Below, in pieces: positions 45,239 to 53,758 of a DNA stretch of 64,000 nucleotides. This stretch comes from an uncultured Planctomycetia bacterium (GTDB taxonomy: Bacteria > Omnitrophota > Gorgyraeia > Tantalellales > Tantalellaceae), in contig CAYPCX010000001.1 in the NCBI GenBank assembly GCA_964409365.1, forward strand, positions 64,684 through 128,683, written 5' to 3'. The notes beneath the pieces were generated by a model. That model did not search any database. It was not told where the DNA came from and saw nothing but the letters and a program-made list of their open reading frames with translations. The position numbers were made by a program, and so were the translations under genes. Each line of letters begins with the position of its first letter. The stretch's first letter is position 1.

Positions 45239-46909
45239 ATGGACACGCGTAAGACCTATCTGACAGTCCTTATCTTACTGGCGGTGTTCGCCGTTCAGGC
45301 CTTTACGAGCATCTGGCCCGACAGGAAATCCCCCACGGCGGACGAACTGGCCCATCATATACCCGTGGGTTACGTGCTTATAGAGAAAGGGGATCTCAAG
45401 ATGGACCCCTCGCAGCCGCCGCTCGCCAGGTACATGGCGGCTCTCCCGCTCAAGCTCTTCATGGACCTCAATATTCCGGATGAAAGATCACAGTGGAGAA
45501 GAGAGGACAGGTCGGAATTCGGAAAGGATTTCTTTTACAAATACAACGACCAGCCGCACAGGATGATACTGTACAGTCGTCTTATCTTTATCGCGGCGGG
45601 TGTTCTGTGCGGTTTCATCCTGTTCCTTATGGCCCGGTCTTTTTACGGGGAAAGAGCGGCCCTTTTGAGCCTTTTCCTTTACGCGTTCTCTCCCAATATC
45701 CTGGCGCACACGAGACTTGCCACGATAGATATGACGTTCTCGTTTTTTCTCCTGCTTTCCGTATATACGTTCTGGCTTTTTCTGAAGAACGGTTCTCCCG
45801 GACATGTGTTCTCTGCCGGCCTTTGCCTGGGGCTTGCGCAATTCTCGAAATATGCGGCGCTGCTTCTTTATCCTATATTCGCGCTTCTGGTCCTCGCCGA
45901 ACTTCCCGGGGCGTCCCGTTCCGGGGAAAGAGTAAAGCTTATACTGAAATTCCTCGCGATAGTAGTTATATCCATCTTGGTCCTGTGGGCATGTTACGGG
46001 TTCGAAGCGGCCCCGCTCCTTAAGGATGCCATGCGTATCCAGGAGAAACTCTCCATTGCCCGCAGTATCGCCGGGAAAGCCCTGCCTTTCTGGAATGAGG
46101 AATATCAGACCGGACTGGCCGATTTTCTGAGAAAAGCGCCGTTCCCGCTGGGGGCCCATACTCTTGGTATCTTAGGCGTTATGAGGCACGGATTCCAGGG
46201 GCACAGCGTGTATTTCATGGGCAATTGGTTACGTTCGGGTAATCCTCTGTATTTCGTTGTCGCGTTCCTCATAAAGACCCCCATACCGTCGATGATCTTC
46301 ATATTGACCGGGTTTATCCTTGCTTTAATGAAAGGTTTGAGGCGGAACGAAAGGTTTCTTCTGATAACAGCGGGCGTTATATTTTTGGTCGCTTCTTTCA
46401 GCAATTTGCAGCTGGGCATAAGATATATCCTGCCCGTATATCCGTTGTGTTTCATACTGGCGGGGCGCTGTGCGGATCTATGGGACGGTAAAAAGGTCTA
46501 CAGGATCGTTGGGATTCTTTTAATGGCATGGTACATGGTCTCTGCGATATGGATATGGCCGAATTACCTGAGTTACTTCAACGAGACCATAGGCGGGCCC
46601 GATAACGGGTATAAATATCTGAGGGATTCCAATATCGACTGGGGACAGGACCTGCCGGCTTTGGCCGCGTATATGAGAGAGAATGATATCGAAAAGGTGA
46701 AACTCCTGTATTTCGGAACGGCTTCCCCCGAAAGTTACGGTATAAGATACGATACGTTGAGCGAGCGTGAGAAAACGGAACCGGGAAAGGACGTGTATGC
46801 TATAAGCATCCACGCCAGCTCCAGGGCGAAGTGGGCAGAGGATAATAAGCCAGTAGCCAAAGCTGGCTATTCAATATTCATATATGACTTTCGCGAAGGT
46901 GAAAAGTGA
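45239..46909 (+). CDS. GT-C glycosyltransferase, ArnT/PMT (GT39/GT83)-like, second copy
   Basis: ADELAHHIPVGYVLIEKGDLKMDPSQPPLARY and multiple TM helices. Confidence 0.7.
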   Translation: MDTRKTYLTVLILLAVFAVQAFTSIWPDRKSPTADELAHHIPVGYVLIEKGDLKMDPSQPPLARYMAALPLKLFMDLNIPDERSQWRREDRSEFGKDFFYKYNDQPHRMILYSRLIFIAAGVLCGFILFLMARSFYGERAALLSLFLYAFSPNILAHTRLATIDMTFSFFLLLSVYTFWLFLKNGSPGHVFSAGLCLGLAQFSKYAALLLYPIFALLVLAELPGASRSGERVKLILKFLAIVVISILVLWACYGFEAAPLLKDAMRIQEKLSIARSIAGKALPFWNEEYQTGLADFLRKAPFPLGAHTLGILGVMRHGFQGHSVYFMGNWLRSGNPLYFVVAFLIKTPIPSMIFILTGFILALMKGLRRNERFLLITAGVIFLVASFSNLQLGIRYILPVYPLCFILAGRCADLWDGKKVYRIVGILLMAWYMVSAIWIWPNYLSYFNETIGGPDNGYKYLRDSNIDWGQDLPALAAYMRENDIEKVKLLYFGTASPESYGIRYDTLSEREKTEPGKDVYAISIHASSRAKWAEDNKPVAKAGYSIFIYDFREGEK

Positions 46910-46976
46910 TTGCCCGGCATATAGTGTTTTGTGAAAAGAGGGAATGGCGCATCAGCGAGCGAATCTTTAACAGAGA

Positions 46977-47007
46977 AAAAGTTTGCTCTTGTTAGAGCTA
47001 ACTTTTT
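46977..47007 (+). terminator. rho-independent terminator candidate
   Basis: Stem AAGTTTGCTC / GAGCTAACTT (one mismatch), loop TTGTTA, followed by TTTTT. Confidence 0.5.
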
Positions 47008-47081
47008 CGTGCCCGTAGGGCCTGTTAAAGTCTGAGCGAGATGATATGCCATTTCATCTTTACGGAAAACGGTGTACTTAA

Positions 47082-47828
47082 ATGAACATTCTCGATCACT
47101 ATAAGAAACTCTGGTATTTCAATTTCAACCGGTTAAAGGGCGATACCTATAAGGAAATGCGGGAATATTTCGCCGGCGTCTTCCTGGCTGAGATCGAAGA
47201 ACATATGCCTGTCGAAGGGAAGAGGGTACTTGACGTGGGAGGGGCCAGGGGAGAGTTCTGCAGGGTCCTTTCCGAGAAAAGAAAATGCGATGCCGTGAAC
47301 CTCGACCCTTCGCCGTATGAATACGGCCGGTATTCCGGTGAGGAGATCTGGCGGGAGACCGTCGAGGGATCGGCGCATGACATGCCTTTTGAAGATGGCA
47401 GCTTTGACCTGGTCCTGTGCAGGGGCGTATTCGAGCATATACGTTCCGGATGGCAGCAAAAAGCTCTGGATGAGATGTACCGGGTCCTGAAGCCCGGGGG
47501 CTTATGCTATATAACCGTACCGCCCTGGTATAACCCCTGGGCAGGCCACGGCCTCAAGCCCTTTCATTATTTCCCGTTCAAGGTTGCCAAGCGCCTTGCC
47601 GAAGCGGCCTACGGCAAAAGGATAGAAGCCACTTCCTGGGAGGAAAAGAAGCTCTTCCCGGTGACTTTCAGGGGTATGCGGAAGATGATATCTAACAGCG
47701 GCTTTAAAACGGTAGATACTATAGATACCCATTTCCGGATGCATTTTCTCACCAAAATACCCATCTTAAGGGAGGTCGCGGTTCCCGCCGTCGCCTTTAT
47801 ATTAAGAAAAGAACAGGCGAAAGGATAA
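47082..47828 (+). CDS. class I SAM-dependent methyltransferase
   Basis: VLDVGGARGEFCRVL, DLVLCRGVFEHI and LKPGGLCYI (Methyltransf_11-like). Confidence 0.7.
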   Translation: MNILDHYKKLWYFNFNRLKGDTYKEMREYFAGVFLAEIEEHMPVEGKRVLDVGGARGEFCRVLSEKRKCDAVNLDPSPYEYGRYSGEEIWRETVEGSAHDMPFEDGSFDLVLCRGVFEHIRSGWQQKALDEMYRVLKPGGLCYITVPPWYNPWAGHGLKPFHYFPFKVAKRLAEAAYGKRIEATSWEEKKLFPVTFRGMRKMISNSGFKTVDTIDTHFRMHFLTKIPILREVAVPAVAFILRKEQAKG

Positions 47829-47830
47829 TA

Positions 47831-49126
47831 ATGAGCATGAAAGCCCTGCGCAGGTTCGCTGTTGACCTCATTATGGTGTCGCTTAGCGTTATTATCGTCA
47901 TCATAGCCGCGGAGGCTCTGCTCAGGTTGACGTCTTACAGGCGAATGCTGCTGAACAGGGAAAGTCCCAGGTATTATTACAGGCCCGACAGCGTTACAAG
48001 CTATGATATAAGGGAGAACTTCGGGGAGAAGGTCTTTAATTTGTATGCAGAACGCGTTAAGTACAAGTTATGGTCGAACGAGTTGGGCTGTTTTGACAGG
48101 CCCTATGCGGGAGAGACCGACTACGCACTGCTTGTGGGCGACAGTTTCGCGTTCGGTTATGTCCCTTATGGTGATAACTGGGCCACGGTCGCGGAAGAGG
48201 CCCTGGGATACAGGGTGCTGAAATGCGGTGTCGTGGGTTTCAGCACCGGGCAGGAGCTTGTAAAGGCCGGGAGGGTCATAGAAAAGACGGGCGTCTCACC
48301 CAAACTGATCATCGTGGCTTATTTTTTTAACGACCTGGAAGAGGACTACCTTTCCCCCAAGCGTAAATACGCCGGCGGATACCTGATAAAGTTCAGGGAG
48401 CTGACCGATCTGGGAACCGGCCGGTTCAGCGAGGTGGAAGGGGACCTGGAGGAAAGGTTCCGCAACTGGGAGAGGTACATGACCTTCACCGAGCCGGAGA
48501 ACCGCCTTGTTTCCAGGATAAAGACCTGGCTGTGGAACCATTCGATAATCTATATGATGACCAAGGACAGGATAAAAGGGCTTCTTTCGTCGCTTAAGAC
48601 CGGCGGGAAACCCGAAGCGGAACAGTCCCGGGAAGAAGAGGACATAAGCGCGCAGGTCAGGTATCTTGCTTTTTATCCCCCCAAAAAATATCCCTGGTTG
48701 GAGAAGGCGTGGGAAAATAACCTTTCCAACCTTAAACAGTTCAGAGATCTCGCGGAAAAGAACGGTTCCCGGCTTCTGGTGGTTATCATACCTTATAAAG
48801 GGCAGGTCTATCCTTTTCTTATGCCGGTAAGCGGCCTGGACCTGGAACTTCCTAACAGGAAACTGCACGCGTTCTTTGACAGCAACGATATTGACTATAT
48901 AGATCTTTTACCGTATTTCCGTGACCATGCCGATCTTACCCCAAAACCATTTCTGGACCCCGTAAACGACCTTTATTGGCGGTATGACGGGCACTGGAAT
49001 ATCAAGGGGAACCGCCTGGCCGGTCTCCTGGTGTCGGGATATGTACTGGAAAAGGGCCTTTTGGACATACCGGACAGTGAGAATAAACTGTTATATATCC
49101 GGGAACAATTGAAGAAGCTGAATTAG
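47831..49126 (+). CDS. membrane-anchored SGNH/GDSL-like protein (paralog 3 of 3)
   Basis: N-terminal TM helix, then ALLVGDSFAFGYVPYGDNWA (GDS block). Similar architecture to the 30493 and 39230 genes. Confidence 0.45.
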   Translation: MSMKALRRFAVDLIMVSLSVIIVIIAAEALLRLTSYRRMLLNRESPRYYYRPDSVTSYDIRENFGEKVFNLYAERVKYKLWSNELGCFDRPYAGETDYALLVGDSFAFGYVPYGDNWATVAEEALGYRVLKCGVVGFSTGQELVKAGRVIEKTGVSPKLIIVAYFFNDLEEDYLSPKRKYAGGYLIKFRELTDLGTGRFSEVEGDLEERFRNWERYMTFTEPENRLVSRIKTWLWNHSIIYMMTKDRIKGLLSSLKTGGKPEAEQSREEEDISAQVRYLAFYPPKKYPWLEKAWENNLSNLKQFRDLAEKNGSRLLVVIIPYKGQVYPFLMPVSGLDLELPNRKLHAFFDSNDIDYIDLLPYFRDHADLTPKPFLDPVNDLYWRYDGHWNIKGNRLAGLLVSGYVLEKGLLDIPDSENKLLYIREQLKKLN

Positions 49127-49178
49127 CGCATATATTCCCCCATTTTCTTATTCCCTTAAACAAAACCCCCGTTTGTAC

Positions 49179-49204
49179 AACCCCGGGGGTTAACCCCGGG
49201 GTTT
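49179..49204 (+). terminator. GC-rich palindromic hairpin with a short T-tract; terminator candidate closing the main glycan operon
   Basis: AACCCCGGGGGTTAACCCCGGGGTTTG. Confidence 0.4.
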
Positions 49205-49329
49205 GAAGTCGGTATAATTCGTGTGTGTATAAGAAGATTAATAATATTAATACTATATCCCGGGCATACATTGACTACAAATGACTATTAATGACTATTT
49301 AAGTGTATTGTTGAATTATAGAGATTTTT

Positions 49330-49357
49330 ATTGACATCTTTTGGGAAAGGTATATAA
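49330..49357 (+). promoter_or_regulatory. sigma70-type promoter in an AT-rich spacer
   Basis: TTGACA (49330-49335), 16-nt spacer, TATAAT (49352-49357). 48 nt upstream of the HTH gene. Confidence 0.6.
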
Positions 49358-49405
49358 TATATAAAATTTATTGTTAGGAATATTATACCTAAAAAGGGAG
49401 ATTAC

Positions 49406-49645
49406 ATGGAGATCAAAGCGAACGAGGTATACACCACCCAGGAAGCCCAGAAACTGCTCAAGGTGAGCCCGAGCACCACAATGAGACTCATCAAAAAGGG
49501 CATCATCCGGGCGGCGAAAGTGGGGAAGCAGTACCGTATAATGGGCAAGGAGCTGTTGCGTGTAGTATCGCCGGAGCTTGAAGACAAGGTAGGCAAGGCA
49601 TACAACAAGGGCAGGCACTGGCTGCATGAGGGGATTGACGAATAG
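49406..49645 (+). CDS. small helix-turn-helix DNA-binding protein (excisionase/MerR-like HTH_17 class)
   Basis: YTTQEAQKLLKVSPSTTMRLIKKGIIRAAKVGKQYRI is a typical HTH_17. 79 aa. Its last 66 nt are duplicated at 50735-50800. Confidence 0.55.
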   Translation: MEIKANEVYTTQEAQKLLKVSPSTTMRLIKKGIIRAAKVGKQYRIMGKELLRVVSPELEDKVGKAYNKGRHWLHEGIDE

Positions 49646-49719
49646 AGTCTATAATTATAAGAGGTGGTAGATATGGATCTCAGCAGTGCGAATAGGGGAA
49701 AGAGAAAAGGGAGACAGGG

Positions 49720-50733
49720 ATGCCGTATAGGAAAATATTCATAATAGCCGAGGCTGGCGTCAACCATAACGGCTGCCTCAAAGCGGCAAAGAAAATGGTG
49801 GATGTCGCTGTGTGGGCCGGCGCGGACGCGGTAAAGTTCCAAACGTTCAAAGCCGAGAATATAGTTACCTCCCGGGCGGCTAAAGCGGCATACCAGGAAG
49901 AGACCACGGGAGAGGGTGGCACTCAGATAGATATGCTGAAGAAACTGGAGCTGGAACCAGGGGCTTATAAGGAACTCAAGAGGTATTGCGAGTTCAAAGG
50001 TTCTATGTTCCTGTCCACCCCGTTCGACCTGGGAAGCATAGACCTACTGGACGGTATGGGCATGGGTATATACAAGATACCTTCGGGTGAGCTCACCAAT
50101 TTGCCGTACCTCAGGAAGATAGGGGCCTTAAAGAGAAAGGTCATAATCTCGACGGGTATGGCCTACCTGAGGGAGGTAGCCGACGCTCTGGTGGTGCTCG
50201 AGGTGGCGGGCACGAAGAAAAAAGATATAACCGTTCTGCACTGTAATACCGAGTATCCGACCCCCTATGAGGATGTGAACCTTCGTGCTATGCTTACGAT
50301 AAAAGAAGCGTTTGACGTTGGTGTGGGATACTCCGATCATACGCTCGGCATAGAGATATCCATAGCTGCGGCCGCCTTGGGCGCGGAGGTAATAGAGAAA
50401 CACTTCACCCTGGACAGGAACATGGAGGGCCCCGATCACAGGACTTCGCTGGAGCCCGCCGAACTGAAAGAGATGATAGACGCGATCCGCAATATCGAGA
50501 TGGCCATGGGCGGTAAAGTGAAAAGGACGTCGCCCTCCGAAACAAGGAATAAGGACCTGATGCGCAAGAGCATAGTCGCGGCCGAGGACATAAAAAAAGG
50601 TGAAGAGTTCACTGCTAAGAATATAACCGTGAAACGCCCCGGCACCGGAATAAGCCCGATGAAATGGGACAAGGTTCTGGGGAAAAAAGCCAAGAGGGAT
50701 TTCGGTAAGGACGAGATAATAAAGTTATCTTGA
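49720..50733 (+). CDS. NeuB-family nonulosonic acid synthase (N-acetylneuraminate/legionaminate/pseudaminate synthase), copy 1, high GC
   Basis: IIAEAGVNHNGCLKAAKKMVDVAVWAGADAVKFQTF and a C-terminal SAF domain. Confidence 0.85.
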   Translation: MPYRKIFIIAEAGVNHNGCLKAAKKMVDVAVWAGADAVKFQTFKAENIVTSRAAKAAYQEETTGEGGTQIDMLKKLELEPGAYKELKRYCEFKGSMFLSTPFDLGSIDLLDGMGMGIYKIPSGELTNLPYLRKIGALKRKVIISTGMAYLREVADALVVLEVAGTKKKDITVLHCNTEYPTPYEDVNLRAMLTIKEAFDVGVGYSDHTLGIEISIAAAALGAEVIEKHFTLDRNMEGPDHRTSLEPAELKEMIDAIRNIEMAMGGKVKRTSPSETRNKDLMRKSIVAAEDIKKGEEFTAKNITVKRPGTGISPMKWDKVLGKKAKRDFGKDEIIKLS

Positions 50734-50734
50734 G

Positions 50735-50800
50735 GACAAGGTCGGCAAGGTATACAACAAGGGCATGCACTGGCTGCATGAGGGGATTGACGAAGAACCT
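50735..50800. repeat. direct-repeat copy of the 3' end of the HTH gene (49578-49643)
   Basis: gaggacaaggtcggcaaggtatacaacaagggcatgcactggctgcatgaggggattgacgaa versus gaagacaaggtaggcaaggcatacaacaagggcaggcactggctgcatgaggggattgacgaa. Confidence 0.85.
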
Positions 50801-50882
50801 AAAAGCAGGGAGATGTAACTAATAAGTGCCGAATTTTTGAAGATAAGGAAATTGATATTTAAGCTTATCCGGGAGTGATGAC

Positions 50883-51917
50883 TTGAAAAATATAAAAATT
50901 GGAACAAGAAAAATAGGATCTGAATATGCGCCGTTTGTAATCCCAGAAATAGGGATTAATCATGAAGGTGATGTTAATAAAGCTTATAAGATGGTAGACG
51001 ATGCTTTTATGGCCGGAAGCGAATGTATTAAATTCCAGTGTCATATTATTGAGGATGAAATGATTCCAAATAACGTCATTCCGGGCAATGCGTCTGAAAG
51101 TATCTGGGACATTATGGAAAGATGCCAGTTAAAAAAGGAAGAGGAACAAGCATTAAAGAAATACGTTGAAGACAAAGGGATGATTTATATTTCTACTCCA
51201 TTTTCCAGGGCTGCCGCAGATCGGTTGGAAGAAATGGGTGTAGTGGCATACAAAATTGGTTCAGGCGAATGCAATAATTATCCATTAATTGAACATATTG
51301 CTAAATTTGGCAAACCGGTGATTTTAAGTACAGGGATGAATAATATTGTCTCAATAAGCAAGGCTGTAAGAATTCTCGAAGAAAACAAAGTACCATATGC
51401 CCTACTGCATTGTACTTCTTTGTATCCGACGCCATATAAAAAAGTAAGATTGGGCGCATTAAAAGAGCTGAATGAAAACTTTCCTGATGCAATACTTGGT
51501 TTAAGCGACCATTCCCTTGGTAATTATACTTGTTTTGCAGCAACAGCTCTTGGGGCATCTATTCTTGAGAAACATTACGTTTCTGATAAAAAATGGCCCG
51601 GACCCGATGTATCAATATCAATTGACCCCCTGGAATTAAAAGATTTGATTCAAGGAAGCAGAGCAATTCAGCAGGCGTTGGGCGGAAGAAAGGACATCTT
51701 AAAAGATGAGCAGCCCACAATGGATTTTGCTTATGCAAGCGTAGTGGCTATTCGGGATATTAATAGAGGAGAAGCTTTTAGTCCTGAAAATATTTGGGTA
51801 AAACGACCTGGCACAGGAGAGATTAAAGCCGAGTTTTTTGAGTCGCTGATAGATAAACATTCCAAAAACAATATTAAAAAAAACGATCAGATTAAATGGG
51901 AGGATGTCGATGAATAA
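50883..51917 (+). CDS. NeuB-family nonulosonic acid synthase, copy 2, low GC, apparent TTG start
   Basis: FVIPEIGINHEGDVNKAYKMVDDAFMAGSECIKFQ and a C-terminal SAF domain. No in-frame ATG before residue 36. Confidence 0.8.
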   Translation: MKNIKIGTRKIGSEYAPFVIPEIGINHEGDVNKAYKMVDDAFMAGSECIKFQCHIIEDEMIPNNVIPGNASESIWDIMERCQLKKEEEQALKKYVEDKGMIYISTPFSRAAADRLEEMGVVAYKIGSGECNNYPLIEHIAKFGKPVILSTGMNNIVSISKAVRILEENKVPYALLHCTSLYPTPYKKVRLGALKELNENFPDAILGLSDHSLGNYTCFAATALGASILEKHYVSDKKWPGPDVSISIDPLELKDLIQGSRAIQQALGGRKDILKDEQPTMDFAYASVVAIRDINRGEAFSPENIWVKRPGTGEIKAEFFESLIDKHSKNNIKKNDQIKWEDVDE

Positions 51918-53037
51918 AAAAATATTATTTCTTACAGCTACCCGGGCTGATTTCGGCAAGCTTAAGTCTTTGATGAAAGCGCTTGAGCAGGAAGATGGTT
52001 TTGAGGTATTAATTTTTGTTACTGGCATGCATATGCTTCGTCAATATGGATATACCAGTGAAGAGGTGAAAAAATGTGGTTTTAAGAACATTTATTATTA
52101 CATAAACCAGAAGTCGGGTGATTCCATGGACTCAATATTAGCTAATACTATAGAGGGCTTGGGAAATTATATAAACATGGTCAATCCTGATATGATTGTT
52201 GTGCATGGGGATCGCGCAGAAGCATTAGCAGGGGCTATTTCCGGAGCTTTAAATAATTTTCTCGTTGCCCACATTGAAGGAGGAGAGGTATCCGGAACAG
52301 TTGATGAGTCAATCCGACACTCAACTTCAAAGTTAGCGCAAATCCATTTTGTAGCCAACGATGAAGCAAAAAATAGATTACTTCGCATGGGCGAAGCTAG
52401 CAAAAATATTCACATCATTGGATCTGCGGATATAGATTTTATGCTCTCGGATGAGCTGCCGTCTTTAGAAGAAGCTAAAAGGAACTACGAAGTTAGCTTT
52501 GATAAATATGCGCTGTTTCTTTATCATCCAGTTACAACAAGCTTGCACAATCTTCTCCATAGTACCAAGGAAATTATTGAAGGAGCACGTAGGTCAGGGA
52601 AGAACTTTGTGGTTATTTATCCGAACAATGATCCAGGATCGGGAATTATCATTGAGGAATTAGAGCTGCTTAGAGATGACCCCCACTTTAGGGTTTTCCC
52701 CTCTATACGGTTTGAATATTTCCTTACTTTTCTTAAAAACTGTGAATTCATTATAGGCAATTCCAGTGCTGGGATAAGAGAAGCTCCTGTTTATTCTGTC
52801 CCGAACATCAATGTTGGCACCCGGCAAAAGAACCGATTTTCGCATAACACTATAATAAATATAGCGGAGTCAAGTCATGCGATAGAAAAGGCAATTAAAG
52901 AAGTAGGTGGGATTGAAAGGATCCCTTCAAATCGCTTTGGCGATGGAGATAGCACTCAGAAGTTTGTTGAGGCATTGAAGGGTCAGCAGTTTTGGGAAAC
53001 CACGATTCAGAAACATTTTGTTGATAATCATGTATAA
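51904..53037 (+). CDS. neuC: UDP-N-acetylglucosamine 2-epimerase (hydrolysing), NeuC/LegG family
   Basis: ILFLTATRADFGKLKSLMKALEQEDGFEVLIFVTGMHM and HIEGGE. Confidence 0.85.
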   Translation: MSMNKKILFLTATRADFGKLKSLMKALEQEDGFEVLIFVTGMHMLRQYGYTSEEVKKCGFKNIYYYINQKSGDSMDSILANTIEGLGNYINMVNPDMIVVHGDRAEALAGAISGALNNFLVAHIEGGEVSGTVDESIRHSTSKLAQIHFVANDEAKNRLLRMGEASKNIHIIGSADIDFMLSDELPSLEEAKRNYEVSFDKYALFLYHPVTTSLHNLLHSTKEIIEGARRSGKNFVVIYPNNDPGSGIIIEELELLRDDPHFRVFPSIRFEYFLTFLKNCEFIIGNSSAGIREAPVYSVPNINVGTRQKNRFSHNTIINIAESSHAIEKAIKEVGGIERIPSNRFGDGDSTQKFVEALKGQQFWETTIQKHFVDNHV

Positions 53038-53746
53038 AAATAAAAAAATATTAGCTCTAATACCGGCAAGGGGCGGCAGTAAAAGGCTTCCGGGGAAGAA
53101 TGTGAAACCGTTTTTGGGTAAACCATTAATCGCCTGGACAATTGAACAGGCTTGCTCGAGCAATTTAGTAGACAAGATTGTTGTTAGCACAGATGATGAA
53201 CAGATTGCTGCAATAAGTCTGGATTTTGGAGCAGAAGTTCCTTTCATGAGGCCGAAAGAACTGGCAAGTGATTCTGCTTCTTCTGTCGATGTTGCTTTAC
53301 ATTCTTATGAATTTTTACACAAACATGGAGAAGATTTTGATTATCTTGCCTTACTTGAGCCAACCTCTCCTTTAAGAAAAAAAGATGATATTGATCGTGG
53401 GATAAGAACTTTACTTGACCACCAGCACGCTGACTGCCTGGTTTCTGTTGGTGCGATCCATCTTGAACATCCTTGCATGGCGAGAAAACTGGAAAAAGGT
53501 GTTCTGGTATCTTATTTGTTCGATCGCGATCCTCAGGAGAAAGCAGCTCAGCAGGCATATTTTCCTTACGGAGTAATTTATCTGATAAAAATCTCTGAAT
53601 TATATAAAAGGCGGACATTTTTCCCCGAGAATTCAGTGCCTTTATTTATTGAGCGCTGGCAGAATTTTGAAATAGACGATAAATTAGATTTTTTTATAAA
53701 TGAGGAGATAATGAAGAATTATTTTCTGAATCCTCAGAATCCTTAA
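53030..53746 (+). CDS. neuA: N-acylneuraminate (nonulosonate) cytidylyltransferase
   Basis: ILALIPARGGSKRLPGKNVKPFLGKPLIAWTIEQA. Overlaps the neuC stop. Confidence 0.85.
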   Translation: MYKNKKILALIPARGGSKRLPGKNVKPFLGKPLIAWTIEQACSSNLVDKIVVSTDDEQIAAISLDFGAEVPFMRPKELASDSASSVDVALHSYEFLHKHGEDFDYLALLEPTSPLRKKDDIDRGIRTLLDHQHADCLVSVGAIHLEHPCMARKLEKGVLVSYLFDRDPQEKAAQQAYFPYGVIYLIKISELYKRRTFFPENSVPLFIERWQNFEIDDKLDFFINEEIMKNYFLNPQNP

Positions 53747-53758
53747 AGGAGGCGTAAG

